Assembly: GCA_034666985.1 (NCBI GenBank)
Contig: JAXDKS010000034.1
Location: 20,889-84,888, forward strand
Length of the DNA stretch: 64,000 bases
Origin: Acidobacteriota bacterium
Lineage (GTDB): Bacteria; Acidobacteriota; Thermoanaerobaculia; Multivoradales; UBA5704
Reading direction: 5' to 3'
Shown: positions 20,801 through 30,778 of the stretch, one piece after another
Layout of the letters: each line of letters opens with the position of its first letter
How positions within the stretch are numbered: position 1 is the stretch's first letter
Position numbers and translations under genes: made by a program
Notes under the pieces: model-generated
Told to the model about the DNA's origin: nothing
What the model saw: only the letters and a program-made list of their open reading frames with translations
Databases searched by the model: none

Positions 20801-21270
20801 GCCTCCCCCCGGCCGCTGCCGAGCCTGAGCCAGACGTTCGCGGAAGCCCGTGAGGCGGCGGTCGCCCTCGATCTCCGAGACGGGGACGCGGATGCGCGCC
20901 AGCTCGCCGACGTTGGGGATCGCTCCCTGGTGGGCCCGTTTCCAGACCTCCTGGGCCACGAACGACCTCTCGGCCGAGCTGTCGAAGCCGTCGAGCACGG
21001 GCAGGAGCTGGTCCGAGCCGCGCAGGGCGTTGACGTTCACCACCTCGCCCGAGGCGAGCTTCGGGTCGAAACCGTCCAGAGCCTTGACCGTCGCCAGATA
21101 GGAGAGGATCAGGGCGAGCAGGACGACCAGACCAGCGGCGCCGAGGAGGACGGCCTCCCGGCCGCGGGACGGAGCGCCGGGCAGACCAGGCAGATGAAAG
21201 CCGCCGCCTCGGACGGGAGGAGAGCCGTCCCGGCGCTGGCGGTCGGCGGCGGTGCTGCGGGTCACGGCCA
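17855..21270 (-). CDS. Fused SEDS glycosyltransferase (FtsW/RodA family) and class B penicillin-binding protein transpeptidase
   Basis: A single continuous reading frame; start taken at MAVTRSTAAD (ATG 21270). About 10 TM SEDS region (..FLSSGRTAMFANFLILGML), then a TM helix and PBP dimerisation plus transpeptidase domains with STFK, SCN and KTGT motifs. Confidence 0.75.
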
Positions 21271-21297
21271 TGCGGGGGACCTCATGCGTGACGTGTT

Positions 21298-21461
21298 CCC
21301 ACTGTAGAGACGCCCCGTGGGGAACCCCGCGGGGCGTCTCTGGGGCGGCGACATCGGTTCGGCCTCCCAGACGCTCCGCGGGTGCGCTGGGGCAAGCGGG
21401 ACCTTCCTCTCCGCTTCGGAGACGCCCCACGGGGTACCCCGTGGGGCGTCTCTACAGTGGG
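21298..21461. repeat. Two copies of a 43-bp palindromic element in inverted orientation, separated by 78 bp, in the intergenic gap between the pkn stop and the rodA-pbp start
   Basis: CCCACTGTAGAGACGCCCCGTGGGGAACCCCGCGGGGCGTCTC at 21298..21340, and its near-identical reverse complement at 21419..21461. Each copy is internally palindromic. Confidence 0.6.
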
Positions 21462-21551
21462 ACCGGACCACTCCCCTCTCTCCCGGCTCGGCGGCGCCGC
21501 AACCGGTCCGACTTCCTCGAATCTGGGGATCGGGCACTGCGGGCGCGATCC

Positions 21552-23519
21552 TCACTGGAACCCGAGCTCCTCGAGCCGGCTCTCGATCTGCGCCAACTGG
21601 ATCTGGACGGCGGTGCGGTTGGCGTTCGAGTCGCCGTAGGGGGAGATCTCGCGGTAGAGGTCGATGGCCTGGCTGGAGTGGTCCTTGGCGACCTCCAGGA
21701 GCTCGGTCTCCTGGTCGGTCCCCCTCGCTCTCTGGGCCTGCGCCAGGAGCTGCTGGGACTGCAGACGGTGGGCATCGGCCATCATGGCCTTCTCGCGGCG
21801 GCCCCAAGGGTAGTTGCGGCGCTGGAGCTGGCTCAGGGTCTCCTCCAGCTTCGGCAGGTCGGGCTGCTCGTAGGAGTAGACCCGGGCGAGGCCCAGGTAT
21901 GGGTCCGGCCACTCCGGGACCAGCTTCGCCGACTGCTCGAACTTGTCGACGGCGTCCTGGAGCTTCTCCTGGGCCTCCTTGCGCTGCCCCTTGGCCCGCA
22001 TTCCCTGGGAGTCGATGCGGTCCACGTGGGCCTGGGCGTACAGCATCTTGGCCCGCGCCGAGCGGTCGCGGTAGTCCACGTCCACCGCCTCCTTCAGGAG
22101 GTCGTGGGCCTTCTGCCACCCCCGCTGCGTGGTGGTCGGGGAATCGCCCCGGTAGGTGGCCAGGATGCGGTCCGCCGATCTCACCAGCGCCTCCTTCAGC
22201 TCCTGGCGCACCTCTCCCATGCCGAGCAGCGCGTACGGCGCGATGCGACGGTAGCGGGCCCACAGGGCGTCGAGGTCGGGCGAGGCCTCGGTCGCGAGGT
22301 CGTGGCGGATGGCGCCCGCCTCGCTGCGCACCCACACCTGGGAGGCGAGGCCCACGGCCCCGAGCAGCAGGGCGAGGGTGAAGTACAGCGGCCAGCGCTG
22401 GGCCTTCGCGGGCGGCGGGGCCGGCGGCGGCTCGGCGGGCAGGGGAACGGCGGCTGCAGCCGGCTCGGTCAGCTCGGTGAGCTCGACGGTGCGCCGGGTG
22501 GCGCCCAGTCCGTTTTCAGGGAGAGGGCCGGTGCGCCGCGTCTCGCCGGAGCGGAACGAGCCCGAGTCGTCGAGCGGCGGACGGGTGCGGCGGGTGGCGC
22601 TGAGATCCTCATGAGGATCCCTCTCCATCTCTTTCCGAACCTGCTCTTCCCGCGCCTGCTCGCTGGGTAGCGGCTTGCCCTCGATCCAGGCCGCGAGGTC
22701 CACGCACATCTCCGCCGCGGTGGCATAGCGACGGGCCACGTCGTAGTCGAGGCTCCTCTCGATGATGCGCCGCAGGCCGGGGGAGATGTCCGGCGGCAGC
22801 GCCTCCGGCGGCCGGCCGGAGCGGATCTTCCCCTCCACCTCCTCCGGATCGCCGCCGTCGAACGGCGAGTAGCCCGCCACCATCAGGTAGAGGACGACGC
22901 CGAGGGCCCAGAGATCGGAGTGGCGGTCGACCCCGCCGCGGTCCAGCCGCTCCGGCGGCGTGTAGGGTAGGCTGCCGAAGAGGTTGACGGTGAACCGCCG
23001 GGTCTGCGACAGGTGCTTGGCGATGCCGAAGTCCAGCACCCGCACCCGGTCGCCGTCCTGCAGGCGGATGTTCTCCGGCTTGATGTCGCCGTGGACGATG
23101 CCGTAGATCTTGCGGCCGCCGACCTCCGCCGAGAACTGGTGGCAGACCTCCAGCATCTCGCAGAGTTGGACGGCGATACCGGCGGCCCGGTCCTGATCCA
23201 GGGAACCGTGCGACAGGATCTGCGACAGGTCCGTGCCGGCCACGTACTCCATGGCCACCCAGAAGAAGTCGCCGTCCTGCCCCCACTCGTAGACCGTCGC
23301 TACCTGCGGGGCGACGCGGGAGAGCTGCTCCTGGAGCGAGACGCCGTTCTTCTCCGCCTGGAGCATCTCCGGATCGGCGCGGTTGGCGCGCACGACTTTC
23401 AGGGCCACCTCGCGGCCGGAGTCGGGGTCCCAGGCCAGGTAGACGTCGCCGATCGCGCCGCGACCGAGGAAGTCGCGCAGCTCGAAGCGTCCTACCTGAT
23501 GGGCGGCGAGCATCGTCAC
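21552..23519 (-). CDS. Ser/Thr protein kinase with a C-terminal TM and extracellular helical (TPR-like) region
   Basis: Hanks kinase motifs GRGAIGDVYLA..ALKVV, HGDIKPENI, VLDFGIA, SLPYTPPE. Its start overlaps the PP2C stop (ATGA). Confidence 0.85.
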   Translation of the reverse strand: MTMLAAHQVGRFELRDFLGRGAIGDVYLAWDPDSGREVALKVVRANRADPEMLQAEKNGVSLQEQLSRVAPQVATVYEWGQDGDFFWVAMEYVAGTDLSQILSHGSLDQDRAAGIAVQLCEMLEVCHQFSAEVGGRKIYGIVHGDIKPENIRLQDGDRVRVLDFGIAKHLSQTRRFTVNLFGSLPYTPPERLDRGGVDRHSDLWALGVVLYLMVAGYSPFDGGDPEEVEGKIRSGRPPEALPPDISPGLRRIIERSLDYDVARRYATAAEMCVDLAAWIEGKPLPSEQAREEQVRKEMERDPHEDLSATRRTRPPLDDSGSFRSGETRRTGPLPENGLGATRRTVELTELTEPAAAAVPLPAEPPPAPPPAKAQRWPLYFTLALLLGAVGLASQVWVRSEAGAIRHDLATEASPDLDALWARYRRIAPYALLGMGEVRQELKEALVRSADRILATYRGDSPTTTQRGWQKAHDLLKEAVDVDYRDRSARAKMLYAQAHVDRIDSQGMRAKGQRKEAQEKLQDAVDKFEQSAKLVPEWPDPYLGLARVYSYEQPDLPKLEETLSQLQRRNYPWGRREKAMMADAHRLQSQQLLAQAQRARGTDQETELLEVAKDHSSQAIDLYREISPYGDSNANRTAVQIQLAQIESRLEELGFQ

Positions 23520-25300
23520 CGGTGTCCTCTCGGTCTATTTCGGGTAGGCCGGGCGGGCGTCGGTGCCGGTGTGGGCGTGGCTGTTGGGCCAGGCGTCGCT
23601 GCTCCGGCAGGTGCTGCTGCCGCCACCCGCACGGCCTCGGCCCGCGCCGCGCCGCCGAAGGAGTTCCAGGCGAAGACCTCCTCGGCCCGCTCCGGCGCCG
23701 GCAGCGTCACGCCGCCACCACCGTTGCCCTCGATCCGGTTCTCGATCAGCACGGGCCGCGATGCGTCCCGCGCCTCGACGCCGGGCCGGGGCGTGCCCGA
23801 CGGCGGCCGGCCGTTGCGGAGGATGAGGTTGTTGGCCAGGGTGGGAGAGGCGTTGCCCTCCACCAGCACGCCGCCGCCGGGGTTGTCGTGCAGGAAGCTG
23901 GCCCGCACCGTGGAGCGGTCGTCGCCGGAGACGTCGATGCCGGCCGTCACGGCGCCCGTGATCTCGACCCCCTCGATCGCGACCACGGAGTCCGCCAGCC
24001 GCAGCCCCACCTGGAGCGGTGTCTGCGGCGCCTGCGGGTCGCCCGCGATGCGGAAGCCGGCGAAGAGCGCGTCGTCGACTCCCTGGGCCGAGACGGCCGG
24101 GACGGCGCTGCCGGCAGGAGGCAGGATCACGGCCCCCCGGGGAACGCGGCTCACCAGGTCGACGCCCGAGCGGAGCTGGATCGTCTCGCGGTACTGGCCG
24201 GGGGCCACCTCCACCGTCTGCCCCGGCCGGGCCTTCGCCAGCGCCTCCGTGATCGTGGCGGCGCCGCCGTCCCCGACCCCCACGCGCAGGACGTCGTCGC
24301 CGCCCGCGGTCGGCCGTGATTTCCCGGGAAGGGGGAGGAGCCCGCTCTGGCCCAGGGCGGCCACGGCAAAGGCGCCGAGCACGAGGCCATAGAGAAGGAA
24401 GGCCGGACGGCTGACGAAGGCGCCGAGGAGCCAGCCCATCCGCGATCGGGAGGCGTGCTGGGCCCGGTGCAGGTCCGGCCGCGTCGGGGTGGAAGCGGTT
24501 TGACCCCGCGCTTGGTCGCGGACGCTCGCGGCGTAGCGCTCGCCCTCGACCAGCACCGCCGAGACGTTGTCCTTGCCGCCGGCGGCGTTGGCCGCGGCGA
24601 TCAACGCCTGCACGGCCTGTTGAGGATCGTCGGCGTGGGCCTCGACAGCGTCGCGGATGGCCTCGGAGGTCACCAGGTCCGACAGGCCGTCGCTGCACAG
24701 CAGAAGGGCCGTGTCAGGCTCGAAGGCGATGCGGGTGACCTCGATGAACCCCTCCTCGTCCGGCTCGTGAGGAGCGGAGCCGACGTCGCGGAAGATCTCG
24801 TTGCGCCGCGGATGGCTCATGGCCTCCGCCTCCGAGATCTCCCCCTGGTCCTCGCGGGCGCCGACGGGGGAGTGATCGCGGGTGATCTTGCGGATCTCCC
24901 CCCGCCGCAGCCGGTAGAGGCGGCTGTCGCCCACGTGGCCGATGGTGGCCTGGTCGCCGTCCACCACCGCCACGGTAAGGACGCAGGCCATCCCGGCCAG
25001 GGCGGGCTGCGCCTGAGCCCGATCCCAGATCTGCTTGTTGGCGAGGGCGATGGCTTCGCGGATCAGGCGGGTGGCGTCGGTGGTGCGGCGCGACAGGCGG
25101 GCCTGGAGGATCTCGACGGCCGTCTGCGCCGCGATCTCGCCCCCGGACTCGCCCCCTACGCCGTCGACGACGGCATAGATCCCCCGTTCGGCATCACAGA
25201 GGACGCGGTCCTCGTTGTTCTCCCGCTCCCGGCCCGGATCGGAGAGGGCCGCGGCCAGGGGTCGCTTCGCGGTGGCAGACGCGGCCGTTGTCTTCGCCAT
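23516..25300 (-). CDS. PP2C-family Ser/Thr phosphatase (PstP-like) with a TM segment and a C-terminal parallel beta-helix repeat region
   Basis: YAVVDGVGGESGGEIAAQ...ACVLTVAVVDGDQATIGHVGDSRLY...LLLCSDGLSDLV...GGKDNVSAVLV. Confidence 0.85.
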   Translation of the reverse strand: MAKTTAASATAKRPLAAALSDPGRERENNEDRVLCDAERGIYAVVDGVGGESGGEIAAQTAVEILQARLSRRTTDATRLIREAIALANKQIWDRAQAQPALAGMACVLTVAVVDGDQATIGHVGDSRLYRLRRGEIRKITRDHSPVGAREDQGEISEAEAMSHPRRNEIFRDVGSAPHEPDEEGFIEVTRIAFEPDTALLLCSDGLSDLVTSEAIRDAVEAHADDPQQAVQALIAAANAAGGKDNVSAVLVEGERYAASVRDQARGQTASTPTRPDLHRAQHASRSRMGWLLGAFVSRPAFLLYGLVLGAFAVAALGQSGLLPLPGKSRPTAGGDDVLRVGVGDGGAATITEALAKARPGQTVEVAPGQYRETIQLRSGVDLVSRVPRGAVILPPAGSAVPAVSAQGVDDALFAGFRIAGDPQAPQTPLQVGLRLADSVVAIEGVEITGAVTAGIDVSGDDRSTVRASFLHDNPGGGVLVEGNASPTLANNLILRNGRPPSGTPRPGVEARDASRPVLIENRIEGNGGGGVTLPAPERAEEVFAWNSFGGAARAEAVRVAAAAPAGAATPGPTATPTPAPTPARPTRNRPRGHR

Positions 25301-25389
25301 TTATCGCTTCTCCCGGGCGAGGAAGGCGATCGTAGCCCCGAGGGCGAGGAGCGCGATCAGCAGGGCCCAGCGGGCGAAGAACAAGGCCG

Positions 25390-26265
25390 TCACGCGCCGG
25401 CTGTCCTCTCGAAGTCCAGGTAGATCACCCCGGCGAGGCCGATGCGGGCCTTGTCGGGGAGGTCCGCCCAGCGGTCCAGGTCGCGCACACCGCCGTCCGC
25501 GTTCTCGAGGCTGCGGGGGAGGGGCGTGCCGTTGACCGTGGTGCCCAGCTTGGAGAGGTCCTTGATGCGGAACTTCCCGTCCGTGGTGCGCTGCAGCCGG
25601 GCATGCTCCCGCGACACGTCGAGCGAGGTGTCGAGCGAGAGGTCGGCCCAGACGTCGGGAGCCTGGCGGCCGATGACGATCTCATCCTTCAGCATGAGGA
25701 AGGTGTGCTTGCCGCGGTCGTCCTGATAGACGAGGCGAGCGAGAGCGTCAGGCCGGGACTCGGCCGTCCCACCTGTCGCCACCGCCGCGGTATCCCGCTT
25801 GGTGGTCATCTGCGGCTGGCCGAACTTGCGGGTGGTGGAGATGCGCTGGGTCCTGGAGCCCGCGCCGTACCCTGCCTCGGGTGGACGGGCGAACTCGGAG
25901 ATCACCTCGACGTCGCCCGGGTTCAGGGTGGCGTTGGGGTCCTCCTGGAAGCGGATGGTCCACTTCCCCTCGGCGCTGACGTACCTGGGAGCGACCGGCG
26001 CGGCATCCTTCTTCTTGGGCAGCATGCGGGCGAAGGCCGGCGCCGAGCCGCGGTTGAGCCGCGTCAGCTCGCCGTCGAGCAATGCCACGGCCTCCGACTC
26101 CAGCTCGCGGAACAGGGTCCGCAGATGGTCGTAGTCGTCGGGATGGAGATAGATCGTATAGATGCTGGGCACGATGGTCTTGGTGACCAGCGGCTCCATG
26201 CCTTCCCGCATGTTCTCGCCGATGGCGAGCACGACGTCCCGCCCCGTGACGCGTTCCCTGCTCAA
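25390..26265 (-). CDS. FhaA-like protein (N-terminal DUF3662-type domain plus C-terminal FHA)
   Basis: N-terminal ..MEPLVTKTIVPSIYTIYLHPDDYD.. and C-terminal FHA IVIGRQAPDVWADLSL...VSREHARLQ..GKFRIKDLSKLGTTVNG. Confidence 0.75.
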   Translation of the reverse strand: MSRERVTGRDVVLAIGENMREGMEPLVTKTIVPSIYTIYLHPDDYDHLRTLFRELESEAVALLDGELTRLNRGSAPAFARMLPKKKDAAPVAPRYVSAEGKWTIRFQEDPNATLNPGDVEVISEFARPPEAGYGAGSRTQRISTTRKFGQPQMTTKRDTAAVATGGTAESRPDALARLVYQDDRGKHTFLMLKDEIVIGRQAPDVWADLSLDTSLDVSREHARLQRTTDGKFRIKDLSKLGTTVNGTPLPRSLENADGGVRDLDRWADLPDKARIGLAGVIYLDFERTAGA

Positions 26266-26463
26266 TCCGAACCCTCCCGAGGCCCCGCCAGGCTCCCGCC
26301 GGGCAGGCGGGTCCCGCGGGACCGAAATCGACCCCTTCGAGTATATCCGTACGGAATCGGGGACGGGGGGTTGCAGGAGTGAGACCCAGGAGTAGAGAAC
26401 AGGGGGCTTGCCCTGGAGCCAGGTATTCGATAAGAATGTCGAGTTCCTCGCGGAAACGACCGG

Positions 26464-27036
26464 CTCGTGGTGGACGTGCCGGGCAGGCTGGAGCGCTACC
26501 GTCCGCGGCTGCGATACTTCCTGCTGGATGAAGGGCGGCTCGCGCAGGACGAGGAGCTGGGGTCGCTGCGCAACCTGGCAGCGGTGCTGTTCCGGCTGGA
26601 GAGGAGCCGCAGCTCAAAAGAGGTCGCACGGGGATTGGCGGTCCTCGTGGAGTTGCTGCCAGGACCGGAGAAGGCGCCGTTGCGCCGGGCCTTCCTGGTA
26701 TGGTTCGAGCAGGTTTTCCTGCCGGAGCGCTTGCCGGGCGTCGAGATCCCCGGAATGACGGATCTTCAGGAGGTCAAGTCGATGCTTGAAGAACGAGTCG
26801 TGGAATGGACGCGGGAGTGGGAGCAGAACGGTATTGAAAAGGGCTTTGAGAAGGCTCGGAGAGAGGATCTTGCAGTGATTCGAGGCGTACTGGTGAAGCA
26901 GCTCGAAGGACGCTTCGGCCCCCTGTCCGATGGCACGCGGGAGCGCTTGGAGGCGATCGGCTCCATGGAGGCTCTGGCGGAACTGCTCACCCAGGTCCCT
27001 ATGGCATCCTCTCTCGCCTCTCTGGGTCTGGCCTGA
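26464..27036 (+). pseudogene. Truncated Rpn-family (YhgA/transposase_31-like) recombination-promoting nuclease, retaining only the C-terminal DUF4351-type half
   Basis: LERYRPRLRYFLLDEGRL...LRNLAAVLFRLERS...VLVKQLEGRFGPLSDGTRERLEAIGSMEALAELL resembles the Rpn C-terminal. The upstream PD-(D/E)XK part is absent or frameshifted; a PW..FDKN.EFLAE remnant sits in another frame at 26408. Confidence 0.45.
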
Positions 27037-27315
27037 TCTAGCGTTATCCGTCCGGGCCTAGTTCTGTGACCGCGGGCTGACGCCTCGAATCGCGTCACAG
27101 CCGGTTTAGACGCCGCCACGGTGCTCCGCGCCTCCCTGGCCGACGTCAACGCGTCCGGACAGATCCTCCTCTGGGTGACCTTCGAGGACGGCACTGTCGC
27201 CCTGTACCGGACGCAGCACGGGGGCGTCCGCTGATCGAAAAAATTCCAGCGCAGAAATCCGGTAGAAGCGCTTCGCCGGACGGCATAAGGTGCTCTCCAC
27301 AGCGGCCGGTCAAGT

Positions 27316-28210
27316 TCAATCGTGAATCAAAATGGTACTAGTTCCACCGGGCTTGCCGAGAGGCATCAGAACGATCGTGTTTTTGTTTCCAATGACTAAT
27401 GCAGATGAGATGTCGAGCGTTAGCTCCTCGTTATCCGCAAGCCCGACAACCTCGAACTTCTTGCCGTTCACCTGGATGCGCAGATGTTTAAGCCCGGGTG
27501 CACCGTTCTTGATGGTAACTTTGTTCTCGGTTTGCGGGACGTCGGTATATGTCTCGACAATAGGTTGCCCGCTATAGCGGATCAAGCTGATCAGCACCGG
27601 ATCGCAGATGACGCAGCATTCCTCCGGAGTACACATTGATAATTCGACGACTGAACGCACCCCCTCGGTGATCTTTGTGGCCGTGGTGATTACAGGTTCA
27701 ATGGTGCCGACTGTAAACGGCGGGATGTCCACTGTGACGTTTTCTTCCTTCACAACTGATATACTGCCGATTCCATTCGTCGTCTGCTGCGCTTCGATCT
27801 CCACCCGCGTCGGCGAACCGGGTAACAGGCGCGGCACAGCACAAGCTACCTTGGCGACGCACACTCTCCTGTTCAGATCCTTGTTAAACTTGCAGCATTC
27901 CTTGTCAGTGCAGCACACTCGGCGGCCATCAAACGAGATAGCCGGATCTTGATCGCAACACTCCGAAAACCCTTTCTTGGGACAGCAGCAGTCGGACCCA
28001 AGTGTGGTGCCGCACTTGAAGTAATCGGTTCCCTCTACTCCGGCGCAGTGCCCAGGGCTGCACACTTCGCCGGCATCGACCGCATTGGTACTTAAAAGGC
28101 CCAGGCTGCCTCCCAAAAGAATGGTGGCCAAGAGTCCCATCAACCAGGGCCTGTAGAATGCCTCCACGATAGATGACTTTTTCGTGGTGTCCCTTGAATG
28201 GTTTGCCATT
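27316..28210 (-). CDS. Secreted or membrane-anchored cysteine-rich hypothetical protein in a lower-GC patch
   Basis: RBS GGGAGGACAGCA ATG. N-terminal TM/signal (LMGLLATILLGGSLGLL). Cys-rich module (CSPGHCAGV..KCGTTLGSDCCCPKKGFSECCDQD..CCTDKECCKF). GC about 50%. Confidence 0.5.
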
Positions 28211-28844
28211 GCTGTCCTCCCAAGTCTTTCCCAGGTGTCAGCCGTTGCCGCCTGGGCTGTTGTTGAGGCTTTTCCACACGACATCCAGACATCCCCATGA
28301 TGGGGGCTTTTACACGGGTGAGCCTTACATGAGTGTAAGGAGTTGTCAATGATATAGATGCATCAACCTCTTGCCATATAGAGAGGCCGGAGCGCGGATG
28401 AGATCCGTTCGCAGGGGGAGCCACTTCGCTTCGCGGAGCGCTCATCTTCTGGAACAGACCGAGAAGTTGCTAAGGTTTCCCAGCACCCGTGATTACCTGT
28501 AGAGCCGGTCTCATAAATGGCTCCCGGGATCTGGGCTGCTCCAAGAAAAGCCCGTCCTGCTTACTTCGCCTAAGCCCCCGTAGTTGGGCTAAATAAATGG
28601 GTACTTATTGGTATAGAGCATAAAATTGAAGAACATCCCGAGAGTTCGGCAGAAGCAAACAAGGCGTTGCTATACACGATCTGTAAGAGACTTCAAGAGG
28701 CTGGCGTCAATTTAGTGCATATTCCAACAAATGGACGCGATACGAATATTCAGAAGAGGCTGGCCTGATTTCCTTGATAGGCCATGTCTCGAATGAGAGC
28801 ACGTTCGATAAGGTGAAGCATAGGAGGGCCGGGATGATGAGGGT

Positions 28845-29513
28845 CTATAGCAGCCCCATCTCCAGCGACCACAGCACCGCCTGCGTCCGGTCGCGCGCCC
28901 CGAGCTTGCCCAGAATGTTGGAGACATGGATCTTCACCGTCCCCTCGGCGGTGCCCAGGGCTTCGGCGATCTCGCGGTTGGTGCAGGCGGCGGCGAGGAG
29001 ACGGAGGACTTCGATCTCGCGAGGCGTCAGGGTTTCCACCAGGGCCGGGGCCGGCGCTTGGAGAGGCGGACGGGCGTGGAGACCCCGCAGGAGCGATTCG
29101 GTCACCGCGGGCTGCAGGCAGGTGCCTCCCTCGGCCAGGGTCTCGATGGCTCCCACGAGCTGTGAGAGCGAGACGTCCTTGCGGAGGAAACCCTTCGCCC
29201 CTTCGCGGATCGCTTTCAGGACCAGATCCCGGTCGTCGAAGGTGGTGAGCACCAGACAGGGAGGCGCGTCCGGCTTCTCCTGGAGGGCCCGCAAGACTCC
29301 CAGGCCGTCCAGCCGGGGCATGCGGACGTCGAGGATCACGACGTCCGGTCTCTCCTCCGCGATGAGGCGCAGGGCCTCCTCGCCGTCCCCGGCCTCGGCG
29401 GCGATCTCGATGCGCGAGTCCAGCTCCAGGAGCTTGCGGATTCCCTGACGCACCAGGGTCTCGTCCTCGGCGATGAGGACGCGGAGGATGCGGAGGACAT
29501 CTCCGGAGGTCAC
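28845..29513 (-). CDS. NarL/FixJ-family response regulator (receiver plus LuxR-type HTH)
   Basis: GTG start overlapping the kinase stop (GTGA). VLIAEDE..VVILDVRMP..; LTPREIEVLRLLAAACTNREIAEALGTAEGTVKIHVSNILGKLG. Confidence 0.85.
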   Translation of the reverse strand: MTSGDVLRILRVLIAEDETLVRQGIRKLLELDSRIEIAAEAGDGEEALRLIAEERPDVVILDVRMPRLDGLGVLRALQEKPDAPPCLVLTTFDDRDLVLKAIREGAKGFLRKDVSLSQLVGAIETLAEGGTCLQPAVTESLLRGLHARPPLQAPAPALVETLTPREIEVLRLLAAACTNREIAEALGTAEGTVKIHVSNILGKLGARDRTQAVLWSLEMGLL

Positions 29514-30700
29514 GCCCCCCTCCGCACCGGCACCAGGGCGGCCACGGCGAAGCCCATCCCCGGTCGGGTTGCCACCTCCAGGCTGCCGCCGGCGCTCTCC
29601 AGGCGCTCGCGCATGCCGGCGAGGCCACGGCCGGCCGCGACTTCCTCGGCTCCCCGGCCGTCGTCCCGCGCCCGCACCTCGATGGCGCCGTCCTCCTGCG
29701 TCACGTCGAGCCAGAGGTTCTCGGCCCCGGCGTGCTTGGCGGCGTTGGTGACGATCTCCTGGCAGCAACGCAGCAGCAGGTGGGCCACCCCGGCATCCTC
29801 CACCGTGAGATCGTCCGGCAGCCGCAGGTGGACCCGCGGCCGCGGCATCTCCTCCGTCATCGCCTCCAGGGCCCGGCGCAGATCGAGGGGCTGGGCCCGG
29901 CCCAGGGTGTCCACGATCTCGCCGATGTCCGTCAGCACCTGACGGGTGAGGGACTGCGCCACCTGGACGGGCTCCAGACCTGGGCCCTCGATCCGGTGAG
30001 AGGCCACCTCCAGGTTGAGCGAGAGGGCCACCAGCCGGTGCCCCACGCCGTCGTGGAGCTCGCGGGCGATGCGCAGCCGCTCGGCCGCCCGGCTGCTCTG
30101 GGCCAGCAGCTCGCGGGCCGAGCGCAACTCGGCGTTGGTGCGCGCCAGCTCCTCCCGTCCCCGGGTCTCCCGCTCCAGGACCGCGAAGGCGAGGAACGCC
30201 AGGATCTGGAACCCGAGATAGGGCGGCGCCAGCAGCAGCGACGGCCGGGGCGACCAGTGGATGCCGATGGCGATCCCCAGGAGGAGGGTCTGGACGGCGA
30301 TCCAGACGAGACCCGTTCGGCGGGAGACCCGCGAGGCGAGCTGCATGGCCACCAGGACGAGGAGCGTGCCCTCGAAGCCGTCGCACAGGAGGAGGACGAG
30401 GACCATCACGCAAGCCGCCTGGAACGCCAGCAGCGCCAGCCCGATTTTCCGGGGGAGCTCCCGATCGCCCGCCGTCATCCAGAAGGCGACGGCGAAGAGG
30501 AGCCACGCCGGGAGCCAGCCCGCGAACCTGGCCGGCCTGATCTCCGAGAGCTGCATCCAGATCGGCAGGCCCACGCCCAGCCAAACCGCGAGGCCGCCCC
30601 AGCGCAGGAGCCGGTGATGCTCGCGGGTGGCGCGGGTGATGGAGATCATGGGATGGATGATAGCCCCGCCCTGCATCCCGCCGCATAGGCCGGAAGGCAT
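29510..30700 (-). CDS. Sensor histidine kinase, HisKA_3 (NarX/DesK-like) family with a 5-6 TM sensor
   Basis: H-box RELHDGVGHRLVALSL; HATPase_c ..EIVTNAAKHAGA...RDDGRG..GRGLAGMRERLE. The start may be one of several internal Met codons. Confidence 0.8.
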   Translation of the reverse strand: MPSGLCGGMQGGAIIHPMISITRATREHHRLLRWGGLAVWLGVGLPIWMQLSEIRPARFAGWLPAWLLFAVAFWMTAGDRELPRKIGLALLAFQAACVMVLVLLLCDGFEGTLLVLVAMQLASRVSRRTGLVWIAVQTLLLGIAIGIHWSPRPSLLLAPPYLGFQILAFLAFAVLERETRGREELARTNAELRSARELLAQSSRAAERLRIARELHDGVGHRLVALSLNLEVASHRIEGPGLEPVQVAQSLTRQVLTDIGEIVDTLGRAQPLDLRRALEAMTEEMPRPRVHLRLPDDLTVEDAGVAHLLLRCCQEIVTNAAKHAGAENLWLDVTQEDGAIEVRARDDGRGAEEVAAGRGLAGMRERLESAGGSLEVATRPGMGFAVAALVPVRRGA

Positions 30701-30778
30701 AGTCCCCGCCTACCTCCGGCGGGCCATGCGGAAGCCATGGTTCCCCTCGTACGATGACCGGCGAAGGAGGAAGACCCC

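Noticed and set aside
17894-21307. 1137-aa plus-strand ORF antisense to the SEDS-PBP gene
   Set aside because: Same composition artefact (Arg/Gly/Asp/Glu-rich, no domains). The minus-strand frame carries the SEDS and PBP motifs.
28845-30686. 613-aa ORF spanning a response regulator and a kinase in one frame
   Set aside because: The HisKA_3 kinase is in a different frame (29510..30700). The upstream part of the 613-aa ORF is Pro/Arg/Gly-rich nonsense. The regulator starts at the GTG that overlaps the kinase stop.
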